Assembly: GCA_023259875.1 (NCBI GenBank)
Contig: JALRFL010000082.1
Coordinates: forward strand, 1 to 33,271
DNA from: Alphaproteobacteria bacterium
Lineage (GTDB): Bacteria; Pseudomonadota; Alphaproteobacteria; Puniceispirillales; UBA1172
Length of the DNA stretch: 33,271 nucleotides
Direction of reading: 5' to 3'
Part shown: positions 28,348 to 33,271 of the stretch, one piece after another
How positions within the stretch are numbered: position 1 is the stretch's first letter
How the letters are laid out: each line of letters starts with the position of its first letter
Translations under genes and position numbers: made by a program
Notes under the pieces: model-generated
Database searches by the model: none
What the model was told of the DNA's origin: nothing
The model's input: the letters and a program-made list of their open reading frames with translations, nothing else

Positions 28348-28584
28348 TTTAACCTCCAATGGTTAAGTTTCATCATATCTGATACCAAATAACGAAGCTA
28401 TACAACTAACATAAGTGCGGCTTTTTAGCATTCAAGCCTTCCACCGCTTGCGGCATCTGATACCCATACGATAAGATAATGAAATAATGACATGGAATTT
28501 TGTCAAAAGATAGGCAGGCTTTACGCAATTAAACTTTATCTTTGCACTTATAGTTTTGCCAAGAACACCGAAATGAGGGCTAAT

Positions 28585-29202
28585 ATGACTGACGCATCTG
28601 CTTTTGATCCTACCGGAAAAGACCCCTTTGCTCTCTTTGATGCTTGGTTGGCAGAGGCAGAAAGCACGGAAATCAATGATCCTAACGCTGTTGCTCTTGC
28701 AACGGTTTCGCCTGATGGCTGGCCATCGGTGCGCGTGGTTTTGATCAAGGGCAGGGATGATAAGGCACTGCATTTTTATACAAATTATACTAGCCGCAAA
28801 GCCAGTGAACTTGATGCCACTGGCCGGGCTGGGATGAGCATACATTGGAAATCCTTGCGTCGCCAAATTCGCTTGGTCGGACAGGTTGAACGCCTGCCAG
28901 ATCATGTTTCTGATGAATATTACGCTAGCCGCCCCTATGGAAGCCGCATTGGGGCATGGGCTTCAAAACAGTCTCAACCTCTGGCCAGCCGGGAAGATTT
29001 GATTGCCAGAGTCAGTCAGGCCGAAGCCGATTATCCCGATAATCCCCCTCGTCCGCCGTTTTGGGGTGGTTATCGCCTTATTCCGCATGAGATAGAGTTC
29101 TGGCATGACGGGGCGTCGCGGCTTCATGATCGCTTCTGTTTTCGCTTAAAAACCCCCGATCAACCAGCATCGGGATGGGATATTCAGCGCCTCTATCCCT
29201 AG
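28585..29202 (+). CDS. pdxH: Pyridoxamine 5'-phosphate oxidase
   Basis: Has RVVLIKG, and IEFWHDGASRLHDRF near the C-terminus. ATG 28585 with a GAGGG SD 5 nt upstream gives 205 aa, the typical size. ATG 28573 is an alternative. The ORF-track start at 28492 adds an implausible Cys/Tyr-rich leader. Confidence 0.9.
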   Translation: MTDASAFDPTGKDPFALFDAWLAEAESTEINDPNAVALATVSPDGWPSVRVVLIKGRDDKALHFYTNYTSRKASELDATGRAGMSIHWKSLRRQIRLVGQVERLPDHVSDEYYASRPYGSRIGAWASKQSQPLASREDLIARVSQAEADYPDNPPRPPFWGGYRLIPHEIEFWHDGASRLHDRFCFRLKTPDQPASGWDIQRLYP

Positions 29203-29338
29203 GTAAAGGCGGTTAACGCCCCCCTTAGCAATGGGGCCATTATTGACAGGATTATGTCGTTTGCCGGATGCTTTCCTGCTGTGATTTTTCTATAATGCGC
29301 CAGCAGTAAAAAAAGCTCGACACTTGGAGGTCAATATC

Positions 29339-31777
29339 ATGAATAGTCATGCGCGCGCAGTTGTTATTGGTGGTGGTGTGGTTGGGGTATCTATGCTTTA
29401 CCATCTTGCCAAAAAAGGCTGGACAGATTCTGTTTTGATCGAACGCAAAGAATTGACTTCTGGGTCAACATGGCACGCCGCGGGGCTATTGCCATTGTTC
29501 AATATGTCCTATTCCGTGGGGCAGGTGCATAAATATTCCGTGAAATTTTATCAGGAACTGGAACAAGAAACCGGCATGAATGTCGGTTTCCGCAAAGTGT
29601 CTAATGTCCGTCTTGCCAGCAAGGCTGATCGCTGGGATGAATATATGCAATACGCAGGCGTTGCGGATACTATTGGTATTGATGTCAGACGGCTGACCCC
29701 AGAACAGGTCAAAGAGGTTTGGCCTATGTGCAACACCGAAGGTTTGCTTGGTGCGATCCAGCACCCTGAAGATGGTTATATTCAGCCTGCTGATCTGACC
29801 CAAGCCATGGCTAAAGGCGCGCGTGACAGGGGGGCAACTATTCACCGTAATACCACGGTTCAGGCAATCAATCGCACCTCATCTGGCGAATGGGAAGTGG
29901 TAACAGACAAAGGCACCATCACTTGTGAACATGTGGTGTCTTGCACTGGCAATTTTGCGCGCAAAACCGGGGCGATGGTAGGATTAAACATCCCTGTTAT
30001 TCCGGTTGAGCATCAGTATATCGTCACCGAAGCTCACCCAGAGATCAAAGCGCGCCACGCTGATGGTTTGCCAGAAATGGGCGTGTTACGGGACAGTGAT
30101 AATGGCTGGTATATGCGCGAAGAAGCAGGGGGACTGATCCTTGGCCCTTATGAATATGGCGCTCCAGCTTGTTATGTGAAAGGCCCTAGTGAAGACAGCG
30201 AATATGAACTGTTCCAAGAAGATTTGGAACGGATCGAACAGCATATTGAAAGCGCGATGTTCCGCGTGCCTGCGTTTGGTGAGGTTGGCGTCAAGCGTGT
30301 CTATAACGGCGCGATTGCCTACACCCCTGATGGAAACCCTATTATTGGCCCTGCGCCGGGGTTGAAAAACTTCTGGCTTAGTGAGGGGCATTCCTTTGGG
30401 GTTACCGCCGCAGGTGGGGCAGGCTGGCAGTTAGCCGAATGGATCGTAGAAGGTGAGCCAACGATTGATATGACAGGTGTTGATCCACGCCGTTACGGCA
30501 ATTATGCCACCGAAAGCTACCTGATCGAAAAGAACGAAGAAGCCTATGCCAATGTCTTTACCATCCACTATCCTGATGAGGAGCGTGAAGGCGCAAGACC
30601 CTTGCGGACTGCGCCATGCTATGATCGCTTGAAAGCGCTAGGTGCGGTTTTTGGGGCAAAGTTTGGTTGGGAACGCGCCAACTGGTTCGCGCCTGAAGGC
30701 GTCGCCCAAGAAGACGATTGGTCATTCCGCCGCTCTCAGTGGTTCAAACATATTGGAAATGAGGTGCGCAACACGACAGAAAATGTTGGGCTTCTGGATA
30801 TGTCCGCTTTTGCCAAAGCGCGAGTTTCAGGCCCGGGAGCAGAGGCATTTCTTGATCGTTTGATCGCTAATCGTGTGCCTAAGAAAGTGGGCCGTGTGAA
30901 TCTCTGCCATGCCTTATCCCATGGCGGCGGCGTCCATTCGGAATACACCATTATTCGCGAATCGGATCAGAGTTTTTATGTGGTATCTGCAGGTGCGTTG
31001 CAGTCCGTTGACCATGACTGGATGCGCAAACATATGCCCGATGATGGCAGCGTACAGTTCACCAATATCACAAATGCGATGGGGGTTCTGATCGTAGCCG
31101 GGCCGAATTCTCGTAAATTGATGGAACGGGTCAGCCCACGCTTTGACTTTTCTAACGAAGCGTTTCCATGGCTCACATCACGCTGGATTGATGTTGGTCA
31201 TGCCCCATCACTTGCTGCGCGCGTGAATTATGTAGGCGAGCTTGGCTGGGAATTGCATCATCCTATCGAATATCAGAATCATATCTTTGATCATTTGATG
31301 GAAGCCGGTGCGGATCTGGGCATTAAGCCGTTTGGTATTAGGGCGATGGATTCCATGCGAATGGAAAAAAGCTATCGCATGATGGGAACGGAATTATCAA
31401 TCGAATATGCGGCGCTGGAATCCAAACTGGATCGCTTTGTGCATCTCAACAAAGGGGATTTCATTGGCCGTGATGCGCTGGTGAAATGGCAGGAAAAAGG
31501 TTTTGCCAATGAGCTGGTGACCATCAGAATTGATAACATTAAAGACGCGGATGTGATTGGCGGCAATCCGATTTACCATGATGGTAAGATGGTTGGCCGT
31601 GCCACTTCGGGCAATTATGGTTTCCGCGTGGAACAGTCGCTGGCAATGGGTATGGTGCCGCCAGCACTGGCAAATGTGGGAACCACATTTGAAATTGAAA
31701 TTCTGGGTGAGCGTTATCCGGCAGTGATTGTTGAAGAAAGCCCATTTGATCCGGACAATCTCAGATTAAGAGCCTAA
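29339..31777 (+). CDS. FAD-dependent dimethylglycine/sarcosine dehydrogenase family protein (DAO domain fused to a GcvT-type H4folate-binding aminomethyltransferase domain)
   Basis: Has a dinucleotide fold (AVVIGGGVVGVS) and the covalent-flavinylation His context SGSTWHAAGL, as in DMGDH/SARDH. The C-terminal GcvT-like domain makes 812 aa in total. I prefer ATG 29339 with a GGAGG SD 8 nt upstream over the TTG at 29324. Confidence 0.88.
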   Translation: MNSHARAVVIGGGVVGVSMLYHLAKKGWTDSVLIERKELTSGSTWHAAGLLPLFNMSYSVGQVHKYSVKFYQELEQETGMNVGFRKVSNVRLASKADRWDEYMQYAGVADTIGIDVRRLTPEQVKEVWPMCNTEGLLGAIQHPEDGYIQPADLTQAMAKGARDRGATIHRNTTVQAINRTSSGEWEVVTDKGTITCEHVVSCTGNFARKTGAMVGLNIPVIPVEHQYIVTEAHPEIKARHADGLPEMGVLRDSDNGWYMREEAGGLILGPYEYGAPACYVKGPSEDSEYELFQEDLERIEQHIESAMFRVPAFGEVGVKRVYNGAIAYTPDGNPIIGPAPGLKNFWLSEGHSFGVTAAGGAGWQLAEWIVEGEPTIDMTGVDPRRYGNYATESYLIEKNEEAYANVFTIHYPDEEREGARPLRTAPCYDRLKALGAVFGAKFGWERANWFAPEGVAQEDDWSFRRSQWFKHIGNEVRNTTENVGLLDMSAFAKARVSGPGAEAFLDRLIANRVPKKVGRVNLCHALSHGGGVHSEYTIIRESDQSFYVVSAGALQSVDHDWMRKHMPDDGSVQFTNITNAMGVLIVAGPNSRKLMERVSPRFDFSNEAFPWLTSRWIDVGHAPSLAARVNYVGELGWELHHPIEYQNHIFDHLMEAGADLGIKPFGIRAMDSMRMEKSYRMMGTELSIEYAALESKLDRFVHLNKGDFIGRDALVKWQEKGFANELVTIRIDNIKDADVIGGNPIYHDGKMVGRATSGNYGFRVEQSLAMGMVPPALANVGTTFEIEILGERYPAVIVEESPFDPDNLRLRA

Positions 31778-31811
31778 AGCCCACTAACCATGAAAAGCAA
31801 TGAGGGATATT

Positions 31812-33271
31812 ATGTCTGAAGACGCATCGACTGAAAAACGCGGCCGCAGAGGTGGTGGGCGTGATGCTCGCCGGAGCGCACGAAGTGGCGGCGGCAACAA
31901 AATGTCTGCCCCTTATCTGATCCGTAAGGTGCCACTCTATGAGGTTCTGTCTGATGAAGGGGCAGAGATCATTGAGAACAACGCCGAAACCATCCTTGAA
32001 GAGATCGGGATTGAGTTCAAAGATGATCCTGAGGCACTTGAAATTCTCAAAGAACATGGGGCGGATGTGAAAGGCCAGCGTGTCCATTTTCCTCGCGGTC
32101 TTTGCCGTGAGTATTGCAAAAAGGCACCATCACAATTTACCCAATACGCGCGTAACCCTGACCGTTCCGTAGAAATTGGCGGAAATAACACCGTGTTTGC
32201 CCCTGTTTATGGGCCGCCATTTGTTCGTGATCTTGAAAATGAACGGCGTTATGCCACGATTGAAGATTTCCGGAATTTCATTAAACTGGCCTATATGTTG
32301 CCTGGTTTGCACCATTCGGGTGGCACGATCTGTGAGCCGGTAGATTTGCCTGTACCAAAACGCCATCTGGAAATGGTTTATAGCCATATCAAATATTCAG
32401 ATAAGCCTTTCATGGGTTCGGTGACCGCGGCAAGCCGCGCACAGGATACTGTGGAAATGGCCAAAATTGTATTTGGTGCAGATTTTCTTGATCAAAACAA
32501 TGTTCTGGTTAGCCTTATTAACGCCAATTCGCCTATGACATGGGACGATACCATGCTTGGTGCGCTAAAGGTATATGCGCGTCATGGTCAGGCGGTTATG
32601 CTGTCACCATTCATTCTGGCAGGGGCGATGTCTCCGGTATCTGTGGCTGGTACCTTAGCGCAAACCCTTGCCGAAGCGATGAGCGGCATTGCCTTTGCCC
32701 AGATGGTGAAGCCGGGTGCGCCAGTGATTTTTGGATCATTCGCCAGTTCGATGTCCATGCAAACAGGGGCGCCGACTTTTGGCACCCCTGAACCGGCATT
32801 GGTACTTAATGGTTGTGCTAAGCTGGCGCGGCGGTTGAATGTCCCGTTCCGTTCTGGCGGCTCTCTTACCGCGGCAAAAACGGTTGATGCGCAAGCCGCG
32901 TATGAATCCACCTACACGCTACTTCCTGCGGTGACCAGCGGCGTTAATTTTATGCTTCACGCCGCAGGCTGGATGGAAGGTGGACTAGTATCGGATTACC
33001 GCAAACTGGTGCTAGATGCCGATCAGTTGTCCATGATGCAACGCATGGTAGGCGGTATTGATCTGACTGAAAATGGACAGGCAATGGATGCCATCCGCGA
33101 AACTGGCCCCGGTCAGCACTTCTTAGGGTCAAGCCACACCCAAGCCAATTTCGAAGATGCCTTCTGGCGTTCTGAGCTTGCGGATTATACGACTTTTGAG
33201 CAATGGAGTTCAGAAGGCAGTATCGAAAGTGCAAAAAGGGCGGAAAATCGCGCTCGCAAAATGCTGACGCA
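31812..33271 (+). CDS. Trimethylamine methyltransferase (MttB) superfamily protein, non-pyrrolysine type. It is probably a quaternary-amine (glycine betaine-like):corrinoid methyltransferase (MT1). The 3' end is truncated by the window edge.
   Basis: I translated the frame by hand and it stays open for 486 codons from ATG 31812 to the window end, with no stop and no in-frame TAG. It is absent from the ORF track because it has no stop codon. The sequence (…LINANSPMTWDD…, GSFASSMSMQTGAPTFGTPEPAL, FMLHAAGWMEGGL, GPGQHFLG) matches my recollection of MttB-family conserved blocks. It starts 34 nt after the DMGDH-like gene. Confidence 0.85.
   Translation, partial: MSEDASTEKRGRRGGGRDARRSARSGGGNKMSAPYLIRKVPLYEVLSDEGAEIIENNAETILEEIGIEFKDDPEALEILKEHGADVKGQRVHFPRGLCREYCKKAPSQFTQYARNPDRSVEIGGNNTVFAPVYGPPFVRDLENERRYATIEDFRNFIKLAYMLPGLHHSGGTICEPVDLPVPKRHLEMVYSHIKYSDKPFMGSVTAASRAQDTVEMAKIVFGADFLDQNNVLVSLINANSPMTWDDTMLGALKVYARHGQAVMLSPFILAGAMSPVSVAGTLAQTLAEAMSGIAFAQMVKPGAPVIFGSFASSMSMQTGAPTFGTPEPALVLNGCAKLARRLNVPFRSGGSLTAAKTVDAQAAYESTYTLLPAVTSGVNFMLHAAGWMEGGLVSDYRKLVLDADQLSMMQRMVGGIDLTENGQAMDAIRETGPGQHFLGSSHTQANFEDAFWRSELADYTTFEQWSSEGSIESAKRAENRARKMLT

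Noticed and set aside
31761-33234. Five minus-strand ORFs in the track (31761-32087, 31937-32191, 32130-32387, 32588-32911, 32950-33234) covering the last 1.5 kb
   Set aside because: They are antisense shadows of the single long + strand MttB-family ORF, which the track omits because it has no stop codon inside the window.
1-33271. Search for mobile elements, defence systems, toxin-antitoxin pairs, CRISPR arrays, tRNA/rRNA genes or large repeats
   Set aside because: Every ORF longer than about 100 aa that is not a shadow ORF has a recognisable housekeeping or C1-metabolism identity. No intergenic region exceeds about 240 nt. I saw no direct or inverted repeat families, integrase/transposase motifs or tRNA-like T-loop sequences. 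The window does not look like an accessory island.

Overview
This 33.3 kb window is gene-dense (about 32 CDS) and looks like chromosomal DNA from an aerobic alphaproteobacterium, judging by gene content and synteny. I could not find any rRNA, tRNA, CRISPR array, transposase, integrase or defence island, and intergenic spaces are short. Most of the window is housekeeping. It holds a complete nine-gene cytochrome c maturation operon (ccmABCDEFGHI, minus strand), then acnA and a SUV3-like helicase/S4-domain/fdxA/carD block. These are followed by rpoH-pip, a PhrR/PraR-like XRE regulator and xseB-ispA-dxs-tlyA. The last housekeeping genes are aroC-fabI (minus strand), a YcfJ-like glycine-zipper protein and pdxH. 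The non-routine content is at the two ends. At the 5' end (167-5384) is a corrinoid methyl-transfer module: a B12-binding corrinoid protein, a small protein of unknown function, a MetF-like reductase, a methyl-H4folate:corrinoid methyltransferase and a RACE-type reductive activase. At the 3' end (29339-33271) is a dimethylglycine/sarcosine-dehydrogenase-family gene. It is followed 34 nt later by a non-pyrrolysine MttB-family methyltransferase ORF, which the supplied ORF track misses because it runs off the window. Together these make up a full MT1/corrinoid/MT2/activase system for demethylating a quaternary amine, probably glycine betaine. My most novel observation is a charge pattern across this system. 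The corrinoid carrier has a strongly acidic N-terminal extension, while its three expected docking partners (MT1, MT2, activase) each carry an Arg-rich terminal tail. All functional calls rest on motifs I recognised by eye in the translations; no database search was run.
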